A stretch of DNA of 64,000 nt from an uncultured delta proteobacterium (GCA_963796055.1 CAWCKH010000004.1:864001-928000); one strand, 5' to 3'. Positions 39,135 to 49,622 are shown, counted from the stretch's first letter. The notes: a model not told the origin generated them from the sequence alone. Translations and numbers: made by a program.

Positions 39135-42100
39135 TCGCCCCGCTGCTGGCCCTGGCCCTGCTGGCCGCGACGCCGCCCGATCCGCTCTCCCGCCCCTCGT
39201 TGGTCTCGGGCCTCGGCATCCGGAACATCGGCTCGGCGCGGATGAGTGGCCGCATCGCCGCCATCGCCGCCCGGGCGGAGAAGGACGGGAAGGTCACGAT
39301 GTTCGTCGGGTCGGCGTCCGGTGGAGTGTGGAAGTCCACCGACTCGGGCACCACCTTCAAGCCGGTGTTCGACCGCCAGCCGGTGCAGTCGATCGGCGCG
39401 GTGGCGCTCGACCCGACCGACCCCCAGGTCGTCTGGGTGGGCACCGGCGAGTCGTGGACCCGGAACAGCGTCTCGATCGGGAACGGCATCTACCGCTCCA
39501 CCGACGGCGGCGAGACCTGGACCCACCTCGGGCTGGAGAATTCGGAGCGGATCACCAGGATCCTCGTCCACCCGAAGAACGGGCGGGTGGTGTACGCCTG
39601 CGTGCCGGGCAAGCTGTGGTCGGACTCGGCGGACCGCGGCCTCTACAAGACCACCGATGGCGGCGCCCACTGGAGCCTGGTCCTCAAGGGCCCCAACCTC
39701 TCCACCGGCTGCGGGGCGGTGGCGATGGACCCGCGGAAGCCGGACCGGCTGTTCGTCGGATTGTGGGACTTCCGGCGCAAGGGCTGGACCTTTCGCTCGG
39801 GCGGCGAGAACGCCACGGCCTTCTCGGGCTCGGGGCTGTTCCTCACCGAGGACGGGGGCGCGCACTGGAAGCGGCTCGACGCCGCGAGCGCGAAGGGGTT
39901 GCCAGCCGGGCCATGGGGTCGGCTGGCGCTGGCCGTCGCTCCCTCGGATCCCCGCATCGTCTACGCCTTCATCGAGGGGACGCGCAGCGCGCTCTTCCGC
40001 TCCGCGGACGGCGGCCGCACCTGGGAGGAGCGCGACCGAAGTCAGATGATGGTCTGGCGACCGTTCTACTTCGCCAACCTGATCGTCGATCCCAAGAATC
40101 CCGACCGGGTCTTCAAGCCGGATTACCGCCTGGCGGCCTCGGAGGATGGAGGGAAGAGCTTCGCCAACGTGAGCGGCGGCACGCACGGCGACCACCACGA
40201 CCTGTGGATCAACCCCAGGAACACCAGGCAGGTGGTGACCGGCGACGACGGCGGGCTGTGGATCAGCCAGGACGGTGGCAACACCTGGTGGAAGGTGGAC
40301 ACGCTTCCGGTCAGCCAGTTCTACCACGTGAGCGTCGACGACCGTGATCCGTACCAGGTCTACGGCGGGCTCCAGGACAACAGCACCTGGGTCGGGAAGT
40401 CCGCGTACCCCGGCGGCATCACCAGCAGCGAGTGGGAGAACGTGGCCAACAGCGATGGCTTCTGGGCCTTCCCCGACCCGAGCGATCCCGACACCGTCTA
40501 CGCCGAGGCCCAGGGCGGCTTCGTGATGCGCGTGGATCGCCGCTCGCTCATCGGCCGGGACATCCAGCCCAAGGCCGGGTTCAAGGAGAAGCTTCGCTGG
40601 AACTGGAACACGCCGATCCACATCTCGCCGCACGAGAAGTCCACGCTCTACATCGGCGCGCAGTTCCTCTTCCGGAGCCCGGACCGCGGCTTCACCTGGG
40701 AGCGCATCTCGCCCGATCTCACCACCAACGACCCCCAGAAGCAGAAGCAGGAGGAGTCGGGAGGCATCACCGTCGACAACTCGGCGGCCGAGATGCACAC
40801 CACCATCTACGCCATCTCCGAGAGCCCGAAGACCAGAGGCCTGCTCTGGGTCGGCACCGATGACGGGAACGTGCAGCTCAGCCGGGACGGGGGAAAGAGC
40901 TGGCGGAGCGTGGGGGCCGCGCTCCCCGGCGCGCCCGCCGGGCGGTGGATCAGCTACGTCTCCGCGGGCCGCTTCGCCGAGTGCACGGCCTACGTGACGG
41001 TGGATCGCCACACCTTCGGGGACATGGCGCCCTACGCCTACCGGACCGAGGACTGTGGAGAACGCTGGGAGCGGGTGGCCGCGCCGGAGCAAGGCATCAC
41101 CGGCTACGCGCACGTCCTGAAGGAGGACACGGTCGACCCCGATCTCCTGTTCCTCGGAACCGAGCTCGGGCTGTGGATCTCGGTGGACCGCGGGCGCCAC
41201 TGGGCCCGCTTCCAGCCCGACAACTTCCCGGCGGTCGCGGTGCGAGACCTGGTGGTGCAGGAGCGCGACGGCGACCTGGTCCTCGGCACGCACGGGCGGG
41301 GCATCTGGATCATCGACGACCTGACGCCCCTCCGGGGACTACGGACGCGGAGCCTGGACGCGCCGGTGACCTTCCTCCCCTCGAGGCCGGTGCAGCAGCG
41401 GCTGGAGTCCAGCGGCGGCTGGGCGAACGGCGACGCCGCCTACGTGGGAGCCAATCCGGCGCAGGGCGCGGTCATCACCTATTACCGACAGAAGCGGCAC
41501 GTCTTCGGGCGGATGAAGCTCGAGGTGCTCGACGCCTCCGGACGGGTGGTGGACACCTTGCCGGCCGGGAAGCGGCCGGGGATGAACCGGGTGGTGTGGT
41601 CGATGCACGTCGATCCGCCGAGGGTTCCCACCGCCGCCCAGGTCGCCTGGTCCTCCTTCAGCAGCCCGCGGGTCGTGCCCGGCCGCTACCGGATCCGGCT
41701 CACCGAGGGCGCGCAGGTGTCCGAGACCACGCTCGAGGTCGCTCTGGACCGGCGGGTGCCCTACGGGGTCGCGGAGCGAAAGGCGCAGTACGACGCGGCG
41801 ATGACCGCGCACGCCCTGTTCGGGCGCATGTCGGCGGTGGTGGACCAGCTGAACGGCATCCGCACCCTCGCCCAGGAGCGCGCTTCGGCGCTGGGGAACG
41901 ATCCGCTCGCCGCCCGCCTCCGCGCCGTCTCGGAGAAGGCGGACGGGTTGCGGAAGCAGGTGGTGGCCACCAAGGAAGGCGGAGCCATCACCGGCGAGGA
42001 GCGGATCCGCGAGCACCTCGATTACGTGTACCGGGCGCTGCTCTCCGACGAGGGCAAGCCGAGCCCCTACCAGGTGGAGCGGGTGGCCACGCTCGGGCGC

Positions 42101-42304
42101 GAGCTGGACGAGGTACGCGCCGGGACCGACGCGCTGGTGAAGACGGACCTGGGGGCGCTCAACGACGAGCTGCAGAAGCGCGGACTGAAGCCGATCACCG
42201 CCGAGCTGGCCCAGGAGACCGGAGAACGCTGGGCCGCGACCCAGGAGCTGCTGCGCGCGCAGGACCGCGCCGCCGCCGCGACCGACCGGGGCGAGCGCGA
42301 CTGA
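39131..42304 (+). CDS. Secreted Vps10/sortilin-like BNR (Asp-box) beta-propeller protein
   Basis: Signal peptide; about eleven S/TxDxGxxW/F Asp-boxes; GGLQDN, THGRG; helical C-terminal tail. Confidence 0.88.
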   Translation: MIAPLLALALLAATPPDPLSRPSLVSGLGIRNIGSARMSGRIAAIAARAEKDGKVTMFVGSASGGVWKSTDSGTTFKPVFDRQPVQSIGAVALDPTDPQVVWVGTGESWTRNSVSIGNGIYRSTDGGETWTHLGLENSERITRILVHPKNGRVVYACVPGKLWSDSADRGLYKTTDGGAHWSLVLKGPNLSTGCGAVAMDPRKPDRLFVGLWDFRRKGWTFRSGGENATAFSGSGLFLTEDGGAHWKRLDAASAKGLPAGPWGRLALAVAPSDPRIVYAFIEGTRSALFRSADGGRTWEERDRSQMMVWRPFYFANLIVDPKNPDRVFKPDYRLAASEDGGKSFANVSGGTHGDHHDLWINPRNTRQVVTGDDGGLWISQDGGNTWWKVDTLPVSQFYHVSVDDRDPYQVYGGLQDNSTWVGKSAYPGGITSSEWENVANSDGFWAFPDPSDPDTVYAEAQGGFVMRVDRRSLIGRDIQPKAGFKEKLRWNWNTPIHISPHEKSTLYIGAQFLFRSPDRGFTWERISPDLTTNDPQKQKQEESGGITVDNSAAEMHTTIYAISESPKTRGLLWVGTDDGNVQLSRDGGKSWRSVGAALPGAPAGRWISYVSAGRFAECTAYVTVDRHTFGDMAPYAYRTEDCGERWERVAAPEQGITGYAHVLKEDTVDPDLLFLGTELGLWISVDRGRHWARFQPDNFPAVAVRDLVVQERDGDLVLGTHGRGIWIIDDLTPLRGLRTRSLDAPVTFLPSRPVQQRLESSGGWANGDAAYVGANPAQGAVITYYRQKRHVFGRMKLEVLDASGRVVDTLPAGKRPGMNRVVWSMHVDPPRVPTAAQVAWSSFSSPRVVPGRYRIRLTEGAQVSETTLEVALDRRVPYGVAERKAQYDAAMTAHALFGRMSAVVDQLNGIRTLAQERASALGNDPLAARLRAVSEKADGLRKQVVATKEGGAITGEERIREHLDYVYRALLSDEGKPSPYQVERVATLGRELDEVRAGTDALVKTDLGALNDELQKRGLKPITAELAQETGERWAATQELLRAQDRAAAATDRGERD

Positions 42305-42323
42305 CCCCGGGCGGGGGGTGAGC

Positions 42324-45300
42324 TCAGTGCTCGGGCGCGGCCGGGGTCGGGCTGAGCCGGCCACCGCCGCCGATCTCCTTCGACTTGCCCTCCTCGGCCT
42401 CCTTCTCCGCCCGATGGTCGCGAGCGATGAGCAGGTAAATGACCGGCACGAAGAAGAGGGTGAAGAAGGTCCCCACCGCCATCCCGGTCACCAGCGTCCG
42501 GCCGATGCTGTTCCGCGCGGCGGCGCCAGGGCCAGTCACGTAGGTGAGCGGGAAGTGGCCGGCGACGGTCGCCACGCTGGTCATGAGGATGGGCCGGAGC
42601 CGGGTCATGGCCGCTTCGCGGACCGCGTCGATCTTGGTCCTCCCGGCCTCCTGGAGCTTGTTGGCGAACTCGACGATCAGGATGCCGTTCTTGGAGATCA
42701 GACCCACCAGGGTCACCAGCCCCACCTGGGAGTAGATGTTGATGGTGGTGCTGAACCGGTCGGTGAAGAAGGGGATCTGCGGATTCGGCATCTTCAAGAA
42801 GGCCGGGAGCATCGCCCCGAAGAGCGCCAGCGGCACCGAGCCGGCGAGGATCACGAACGGGTCGCGGAAGCTGTTGAACTGGGCGGCGAGCACCAGGAAG
42901 ATCAGCACCACCGCCAGGGCGAACGCGGGAAGGAACTTGTTCCCTTCCACCCGCAGCTGCCGGGACTCACCGGTGTAGTCGATCTTGTATCCCTGGGGGA
43001 GGATCTTCGCCCCCTCGTCCTCGAGGAAGCGGAGCCCGTCGTCCACCGACTGGGCCACGCCGCTGATCTTCACCGCGTTGAGCTGCTGGAAGCGGTTGAG
43101 CGAGCGCGGAACCACGTTGTCCTTCACGCTGGCGATCGACGAGAGCTTGACCAGCTGCCCGTTGGGACCGGTGACGTACAGGTCGGCCAGCTGCTCGGGG
43201 TTGAGCCGCTCGGTGCGGAGCAGCTGGGGAATCACCTTGTAGCTCCGGCCGGAGATGCTGAACCGGTTGACGAAGTTGCCACCCGCGGCGGCGCCGATGT
43301 CCTGACCGACCTGCTGGAGGTTCAAGCCGAGCTGGGCCACCTTCTCCCGATCGATGTCGATCTCCGACTGCGGCTGGTCGATCTTCACGTCGATCGGCGG
43401 AGGGAAATAGAACTTCCCGCTGGCCGCCGCCTTCTGCTGGAGCTGCTTGGCGAACTCGAGGATCTCGCTCTCCTCGGCGGTGGAGGCGATGACGATCTCC
43501 ACCGGGTAGGTGCCGCCGCCGGGAAGCGCCGGAGGGAGCACCGCGAAGCTCTCGATTCCCGGGATGGCCGAGATCCGCCGCTGGACCTCCGGGAGCACCT
43601 GCGCCGTCTTGCGCTTGCGCTGGTCCCAGGGCTTGAGCCCCACGCCCCAGAAGCCACCACCGGGGTTGGTGATCTGGAAGGTGAACCGCGATTCGGGGAT
43701 CTGCATCACCGACTTGACCACCGCTTCGGTGGAGACCGTGAGCTGGTCCAGGGTGGAGTTGGCCGGGGTGTTGACGATGCCGAAGATCACCCCCTGGTCC
43801 TCGGCGGGGGCGAGCTCCTTCACCGCCATCTGGAACATCAGGACGGTGAGGAGGGTGAGCACGCCCCAGGCGGTGTAGACGATCGGGCGGCTGTGGAGCG
43901 CCACGTCGAGCCACCGGCCGTAAGTCTGCCGGATGCGCTCGAATCCCCTGTTGATGACCCCGGCGAACCCCTCGCGCTCGCCGCCGGTGTGCAGGAGGTA
44001 GCGGGACATCATCGGGGAGAGGGTCAGGGCCACCACGCCGGAGATGGTCACCGCGCCGGCGAGGGTGAGCGCGAACTCACGGAACAGCGAGCCGGTCAGG
44101 CCGCCCTGGAAGGCGATGGGGGCGTACACCGCGGCCAGGGTGATGGTCATGGCGATGATCGGCCCGACCAGCTCGCGGGCCCCGACCATCGCCGCCTGGA
44201 AGGGAGTCTTCCCCTCGGAGAGGTGGCGCTCCACGTTCTCCACCACCACGATCGCGTCGTCCACCACCAGACCGACCGAGAGCACGACGGCCAGCAAGGT
44301 GAGGAGATTCAGGGTGAACCCGAACACCTGCATCAGGAACACCGCGCCGATCAGTGACACCGGGATCGCCACCACCGGCACCAGCACCGATCGGAACGAG
44401 CCGAGGAAGAGGAAGATGACGATGACCACGATGAGCAGCGTGTCCCGCAGGGTGCGGATCACGTCGTTGATCGCGCTCTGGATGTACTCGGTGCCGTCGT
44501 AGGCGACGGTGGCGGTGATCTGCGAGGGGAGCTCCTTCTGGATCGCCGCCAGCTCCACCCGCGCGCGCTTGATGACGTCGAGCGAGTTGGCGTTGGGGAG
44601 CGCCCAGATGCCGATGAAGACCGCGGTCTCTCCGGTGAAGGCCACCGCGGTGTCGTAGTCCTCCGCGCCCAGCACCACGTCCGCCACGTCCGCGAGCCGG
44701 ACCACCGCCCCCCCGCTCTGCTTGATGATCAGCCTCTTGAACTCGTCCACCGAGCGGAGGTCGGTGTTGGCGGTGAGGTTGACCTGGACCAGGGCGCCCT
44801 TGGTCTGTCCCACCGCCGCCAGGTAGTTGTTGGCCGCCAGCGCCTGGCGGACCTGGGCGGGGCTGACGTTGAGCGAGGCCATCCGGTCGGGCTTCAGCCA
44901 GATCCGCATGGCGAAGGTGCGGGCGCCGAGGATGTCCGCCTTCTGCACCCCCTCCACCGCGGTGAGCCGGGGCTGCACCACCCGGACCAGGTAGTCGGTG
45001 ATCTCGTTCTGGCGAAGGAACTTGGAGGAGAAGCTCAGGTAGGCCGAGGCGAACCGGCTGTCGGCGTTCTCGATGTTGAGGACCGGAACCTGTGCCTCGG
45101 GTGGCAGGTCGTTGCGAACCTGATCCACCTTGGAGCTGATCTCCGCCAGGGCCTTGGTCGAGTCGTAGTTCAGCCGGAGGCGGGCGCTGATGGTCGACAG
45201 GCCCTGGGTGCTGGTGGACTCGAGGTAGTCGATCCCGTCGGCCGCGGCGATCACCCGCTCCAGCGGGGTGGTGATGAATCCCCGGACCAGATCGGCGCTG

Positions 45301-45491
45301 GCGCCGACGTAGACCGTGGTCACGGTGATGACCGCGTTCTCGCTCCGCGGGTACTGCCGGACGTTCAGGGTCCGGATCGCCTGCACCCCGGCGATGATGA
45401 TGATGAGGTTGACGACGATGGCGATCACCGGCCGCCGGATGAAGAGGTCGGTGAAGCTCTTGCTCGGCTGGACGGGAGACTCGGTACTCAT
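42324..45491 (-). CDS. RND efflux transporter permease (HAE1, MexW/MexI-like)
   Basis: FIRRPV, GLVVDDAIVVVEN, KNGILIVEFA, RLRPILMT. Confidence 0.96.
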   Translation of the reverse strand: MSTESPVQPSKSFTDLFIRRPVIAIVVNLIIIIAGVQAIRTLNVRQYPRSENAVITVTTVYVGASADLVRGFITTPLERVIAAADGIDYLESTSTQGLSTISARLRLNYDSTKALAEISSKVDQVRNDLPPEAQVPVLNIENADSRFASAYLSFSSKFLRQNEITDYLVRVVQPRLTAVEGVQKADILGARTFAMRIWLKPDRMASLNVSPAQVRQALAANNYLAAVGQTKGALVQVNLTANTDLRSVDEFKRLIIKQSGGAVVRLADVADVVLGAEDYDTAVAFTGETAVFIGIWALPNANSLDVIKRARVELAAIQKELPSQITATVAYDGTEYIQSAINDVIRTLRDTLLIVVIVIFLFLGSFRSVLVPVVAIPVSLIGAVFLMQVFGFTLNLLTLLAVVLSVGLVVDDAIVVVENVERHLSEGKTPFQAAMVGARELVGPIIAMTITLAAVYAPIAFQGGLTGSLFREFALTLAGAVTISGVVALTLSPMMSRYLLHTGGEREGFAGVINRGFERIRQTYGRWLDVALHSRPIVYTAWGVLTLLTVLMFQMAVKELAPAEDQGVIFGIVNTPANSTLDQLTVSTEAVVKSVMQIPESRFTFQITNPGGGFWGVGLKPWDQRKRKTAQVLPEVQRRISAIPGIESFAVLPPALPGGGTYPVEIVIASTAEESEILEFAKQLQQKAAASGKFYFPPPIDVKIDQPQSEIDIDREKVAQLGLNLQQVGQDIGAAAGGNFVNRFSISGRSYKVIPQLLRTERLNPEQLADLYVTGPNGQLVKLSSIASVKDNVVPRSLNRFQQLNAVKISGVAQSVDDGLRFLEDEGAKILPQGYKIDYTGESRQLRVEGNKFLPAFALAVVLIFLVLAAQFNSFRDPFVILAGSVPLALFGAMLPAFLKMPNPQIPFFTDRFSTTINIYSQVGLVTLVGLISKNGILIVEFANKLQEAGRTKIDAVREAAMTRLRPILMTSVATVAGHFPLTYVTGPGAAARNSIGRTLVTGMAVGTFFTLFFVPVIYLLIARDHRAEKEAEEGKSKEIGGGGRLSPTPAAPEH

Positions 45492-45505
45492 GGCGGAGAC
45501 CTTGC

Positions 45506-46774
45506 TCAGCGATCGACCGGAGCCGGGACGAACTGGACCGGCGGCGCGAGCGCGTTGTTGATCATGATCGTCTGGCCATTCCGGAGCTTGAACGCGCCGT
45601 TGCTGACCACCGTCTGGCCGGCCTGGAGGCCATTGAGCACTGCCACGAAGTCACCGCGTCGCTCGCCGAGGCGGACGAACTGCTGGCGGGCGACGAGGAC
45701 GGGCTTGCCGTCGGCCGGCTTCGGTGCGGGCTTCGCCGCGGGCTTCGCTTCCTGCTTGCCCTCCTCGGGCTTCGCCGGATCGTCCTTCTGCTCCTCGACC
45801 AGGTACACCGAGTCGCCGTACGGGGCGTAGATCACGCTGGTCGCCGGAACCACCAGCGCCTTGCCCGCCTTGCCGGCCTCGACCTCGACGTTGGCGAACA
45901 TCCCCGGGTTGAGCCGCCCGTCGGGGTTCTCCACCGTGGCCCGCATCCGGACGTTGCGGGTGGCGGGGTCGACCTCGGGGTTGATGGTGGTCACCGTCCC
46001 GTCCCAGGTCGCATCGGGGAAGACGTCGACCTTGAGCACCGCCTTCTGGCCGAGCTTCACGTCGGCCAGCGCCTGCTGCGGGAGCTGGAACTCGGCGTAG
46101 ATCGGGCTCACCGTCTGCAGCGAGACGATGGGCGTCCCGGGCGAGACCACCTGACCCAGCTCCACCGCCCGGATGCCCGCCCGGCCCTCGAACGGCGCGC
46201 GGATCACCTTCTTGCCGATGACCGCCTGGAGGTTGTTGACTGTGGCCCGGGCCTGCTTGTCACGTGCCTGCGCGGTCTCCAGCTCGGCCTGGGTGTTCAC
46301 CTCCTGCTTGCGGAGGCCCTCGGCGCGGTCGAGGGTCTGCCTGGCCAGCGCGGCATCGGCCTGGGCGCTGGCGAGCTGGGCCGACTCGGCGGAGGTGTCG
46401 AGCCGGACCATCAGCTGGCCCTTCTTGACCAGCGAGCCGTTCTCGAAGCCGATCTCCCGCACGGTGCCGGTCACCTCGGCGCTGAGCGTCGTGCCCCGCA
46501 GGGCGATCAAGGTGCCCACCGCTGGGCGCAGCGGCTGCCACTCGACCTGCTCGACCTTGGCGGTGGTGACCGCCACCGGCGGGGGAACCATCTTCTTCCC
46601 CGCCTGGATCATGGTGAAGATCTGGACGAACTTGGTCCCGGCAAGGAAGAGGACGAGCAGCAGCAGGGCGCCACCGGCCAGCAGCCACAGGCGGCGGCCT
46701 CGCCGTCTGGTGACTTGCACCGCAGGGGTGTCGTAGGAGGTGTCTTCGCGGGTGATCTGAGCAGGCTGGAGCAT
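45506..46774 (-). CDS. RND efflux periplasmic adaptor
   Basis: N-terminal TM helix, IRAPFEGRAG, NPDGRLNPGMF. Confidence 0.93.
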   Translation of the reverse strand: MLQPAQITREDTSYDTPAVQVTRRRGRRLWLLAGGALLLLVLFLAGTKFVQIFTMIQAGKKMVPPPVAVTTAKVEQVEWQPLRPAVGTLIALRGTTLSAEVTGTVREIGFENGSLVKKGQLMVRLDTSAESAQLASAQADAALARQTLDRAEGLRKQEVNTQAELETAQARDKQARATVNNLQAVIGKKVIRAPFEGRAGIRAVELGQVVSPGTPIVSLQTVSPIYAEFQLPQQALADVKLGQKAVLKVDVFPDATWDGTVTTINPEVDPATRNVRMRATVENPDGRLNPGMFANVEVEAGKAGKALVVPATSVIYAPYGDSVYLVEEQKDDPAKPEEGKQEAKPAAKPAPKPADGKPVLVARQQFVRLGERRGDFVAVLNGLQAGQTVVSNGAFKLRNGQTIMINNALAPPVQFVPAPVDR

Positions 46775-46945
46775 GAAGATCGGGTCCTCGCCGGGCGAGA
46801 CGATGGAGGGCGCGGTGAATTACCCGGAACGCGCGCGGAAGGCTCGGGAAAGTGCAGCGGCGTTCCATGAAGTTCCGTGAACGACGCGGCCCCCCCCGAG
46901 CCTGAGGCGTTGCGCGGAGTTACCACTGCCCACTGGACGGGGGAA

Positions 46946-49162
46946 CTACCCGCCCGGACGGTCCGTCGGCACGGGTGCAGCAGCTGGTTGGGCGGCGAGC
47001 GGCGGAACTGTGCTGCCACCGGCCTGGACGACCCGGGGCGCCTTCTCCGCGGCCATGCGCTGGGAGAGCGTGGCGTCCAGCTCGCGGCCGAACGCGGCGA
47101 CGGCGGCATCCGTCGAGGCCATCAACTTTCGCACCGCCGGCCAGAGCGGGTGGTCCGCGTCCTGCTGCTGGGCCACCCCCTGGGCGAGGAGGCCGAGGGC
47201 GGCGTCGCGATCGGCCGCCGTCGCGACCCGCAGCGTGACCAGCAGCTCGTCGGGCGCGGTCCGGGCCACGTCGGCCAGGGACGCGGCGACGGTGCGCTGG
47301 GCGGGGGCATCCCCGCGCGAGGCCCGCGCCAGCTCCACCAGCCGCGACAGCGCCTCGCCGTTCCCCTCGGCGGCGAGCGAGGTGAGGCTCCCCACACAGG
47401 GGAGCTCGACCTTGAGCTCCCGCGCCAGCTGCCGGAGCCGTCCGTACACCTCCTCGCCGGCGGTGAAGCTGTCCAGCAGGGCGCGGGTGCCGAGGTAGTC
47501 GCGGGCATCGCTCTGATAGATGGAGTCGGCGAGCACCGCCCGGACGGCGGGGTCGTGCTCGGTGCGCCAGGCGGTCCTCAGGAACGGGAGATTCCGCTGG
47601 TCGGCCTTCTGGGCCACGGCGAGGTAGGTCCGGATGCGCGCCTTGGCCTCCTCGTTGGAGGGGGCGCCGCGCCTGGTGGGTTCCATGAGAGTGGCCACGG
47701 CGCGGTCCGGTCCCCCGGGCGCGCCCACCGCCGCCACGGCGGCGCCGATGGCGTCGATGCCCTGGACCACCGGCGCGGTCCGCCCGGCGTGGTCGTTGAC
47801 GATGACGCTGAAGGCGAAGCGCTCGCCGCCCACGGACTGGACGTAGCCGCTGAGCGCCGAGACGTTCTCCAGCGTGCCGGTCTTCGCCCGGAGCCGCCCC
47901 ACCGCCTCGCTGCCCTCGAACCGGTAGCGGAGGGTGCCGTCCTTGCCGGCGATGCCGACCGAGGAGAGGTACTCGGGGGCGAGCGGGAACCGGTCCCACA
48001 TGACCTTGAGCAGCTGGGTGAGCTGGCGCGGGGTGAAGCGGTTGGTGTCGTTGAGCCCCGAGCCGTTGCGGAGGATGTACGAGCCGCGGGGGATTCCCAC
48101 CTCGCGCTCGAGGAATTCCTCGGCCACGGAGACGCCGTTGGCGGTGCTGCCGGGTGGCCCCTTCACCTCGGCGCCGAGCGTCTTCATCAGCTGCTCGGCG
48201 ACGAAGTTGCTCGAGTACTTGTTCATCCGCTTGAGGACCAGGTCGAAGGTCTCGCTCTGGGCCACGTAGAGGAGGCGGGCGCGCTCGGGGACCGCCCCCA
48301 GCTTCGGCTTTCCACGCACCCGGATGCCGTGCATCTCGAGAATCCGCTTGAAGGTGTACCCGAAGTACAGCGGCGGGTTGTCGATGCGCTTCCACACCGC
48401 CCACTCGCCCGAGACCGGGACGGTGCCGCGCACGGTGATGCGCTGCTGGCTTCCGGTCCACTGCGAGGACACCGATGCGCGCCGCGCCCGGCTGGAGGCG
48501 CCGACGGCGGCGTTGACCACCTCGAAGTAGTCGGACGGCGGCTCGAGCTCCACCACCGCCCGCCCGCCGCTGGCCGAGGCGCGGAGATAGACGCCCACCG
48601 CATTGGCGTTGAGGCTCAGCGCGCCGGTCGGGGCGGCGTAGGCGCGGTCCGACACTTCCTGCTCGAAGCCCGGGGCCAGCCGCTCGGGGTCGAACCAGCT
48701 GTCGTCGAGGACCAGGTCGCCCACCTCGCGGAGGCCCAGGTGGGCCAGCTCGGAGGCCATCGCGTGCAGCCGCTCGGTGGTGATGCTGGGGTCGCCCTTC
48801 CCGCGGATCCAGAGCGTCCGGGAGCGGTCGGTGGGGCCGGGTTCGACCAGGAACTCGGTGTCGAAGCGGTACTCGGGGCCGAGCCGGGCGAGCGCCGCCG
48901 CGGCGGTCACCAGCTTCACGTTCGACGCCGGATTCATCAGCGCGTCGGCGTCCTTGGCGAAGACGACGCTGCCGTCCTCGAGGCTGACCAGCTGGACCCC
49001 CAGCCGGCAGTCGCGGAAGGGGGCGCCCTGGGCGAGCTCGAGGAGGGTCTTCTTCAGCGCCTCGCGGTCGGCAGCCCGGTTGGGGGCGGCGGCGAGCGCT
49101 GACCCTGCGACCACCAAGGCACAGAGGACCGCCGGGATGACCGAGGGACGACGGGAGAACAA
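46946..49162 (-). CDS. dacB: D-Ala-D-Ala carboxypeptidase/endopeptidase (PBP4, S13) with a C-terminal helical extension
   Basis: PASNVK (SxxK), SSN, KTGT, NGSGL; start uncertain (TTG at 49162). Confidence 0.92.
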   Translation of the reverse strand: MFSRRPSVIPAVLCALVVAGSALAAAPNRAADREALKKTLLELAQGAPFRDCRLGVQLVSLEDGSVVFAKDADALMNPASNVKLVTAAAALARLGPEYRFDTEFLVEPGPTDRSRTLWIRGKGDPSITTERLHAMASELAHLGLREVGDLVLDDSWFDPERLAPGFEQEVSDRAYAAPTGALSLNANAVGVYLRASASGGRAVVELEPPSDYFEVVNAAVGASSRARRASVSSQWTGSQQRITVRGTVPVSGEWAVWKRIDNPPLYFGYTFKRILEMHGIRVRGKPKLGAVPERARLLYVAQSETFDLVLKRMNKYSSNFVAEQLMKTLGAEVKGPPGSTANGVSVAEEFLEREVGIPRGSYILRNGSGLNDTNRFTPRQLTQLLKVMWDRFPLAPEYLSSVGIAGKDGTLRYRFEGSEAVGRLRAKTGTLENVSALSGYVQSVGGERFAFSVIVNDHAGRTAPVVQGIDAIGAAVAAVGAPGGPDRAVATLMEPTRRGAPSNEEAKARIRTYLAVAQKADQRNLPFLRTAWRTEHDPAVRAVLADSIYQSDARDYLGTRALLDSFTAGEEVYGRLRQLARELKVELPCVGSLTSLAAEGNGEALSRLVELARASRGDAPAQRTVAASLADVARTAPDELLVTLRVATAADRDAALGLLAQGVAQQQDADHPLWPAVRKLMASTDAAVAAFGRELDATLSQRMAAEKAPRVVQAGGSTVPPLAAQPAAAPVPTDRPGG

Positions 49163-49396
49163 ACGGGCTGCACTCCGGGGCGAACGGCCGAGGGGTGGAT
49201 CTTCCCCTGCCCCTCTCCAGCACCGCAAGGTAGGCCGAGCGCGCACGCGGCACCCGTGTCAGTGGGCGCGCAGCCGGCGCACGCGTCCAGGGCGTGGTGG
49301 GCGTGGTCTGCAGACCCCGGCGAGGGCCGCACCCCCCAGGCGAGGCGGCTCCTGGGAGACGCGGACGCGCTGGGGCTCCGGCACGGCGCCCTTCCC

Positions 49397-49425
49397 AGCG
49401 GCCTGCGCGACCCTCGGCGCTCCGG
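49397..49425 (+). repeat. Partial copy of the dispersed repeat found at 61781-61991
   Basis: AGCGGCCTGCGCGACCCTCGGCGCTCCGG versus AGCGGCCTGCGCGACCTCGGACGCTCCGG at 61963-61991. Confidence 0.65.
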
Positions 49426-49497
49426 CGTGCCGCGGCTGGTTCCGGCGTGCGGCGGCAGGCTCGGGCGTGTCGTGGCTGGTTCCCACGTTGCAAGCAC

Positions 49498-49613
49498 GAA
49501 CCTTTTTCGGACGGTCTCCCGGGCGGGGGGGGCGCGCTCCCCCAGGATGTCGTCGGCGCGAAGGTAAGGGCGCCAGAGCCCCCCCCTCGCCGGCGACCGT
49601 CCGGAAAAGGTTC
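49498..49613. repeat. Long imperfect inverted repeat (MITE/REP-like hairpin)
   Basis: GAACCTTTTTCGGACGGTCTCC pairs with GGCGACCGTCCGGAAAAGGTTC (20/22); pairing extends through the G-run/C-run. Confidence 0.8.
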
Positions 49614-49622
49614 CCATGTGAA

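Noticed and set aside
49608..49622. parS-like site at the IS target (GTTCCCATGTGAAACG when rejoined)
   Set aside because: Too many mismatches to the 16-bp parS palindrome
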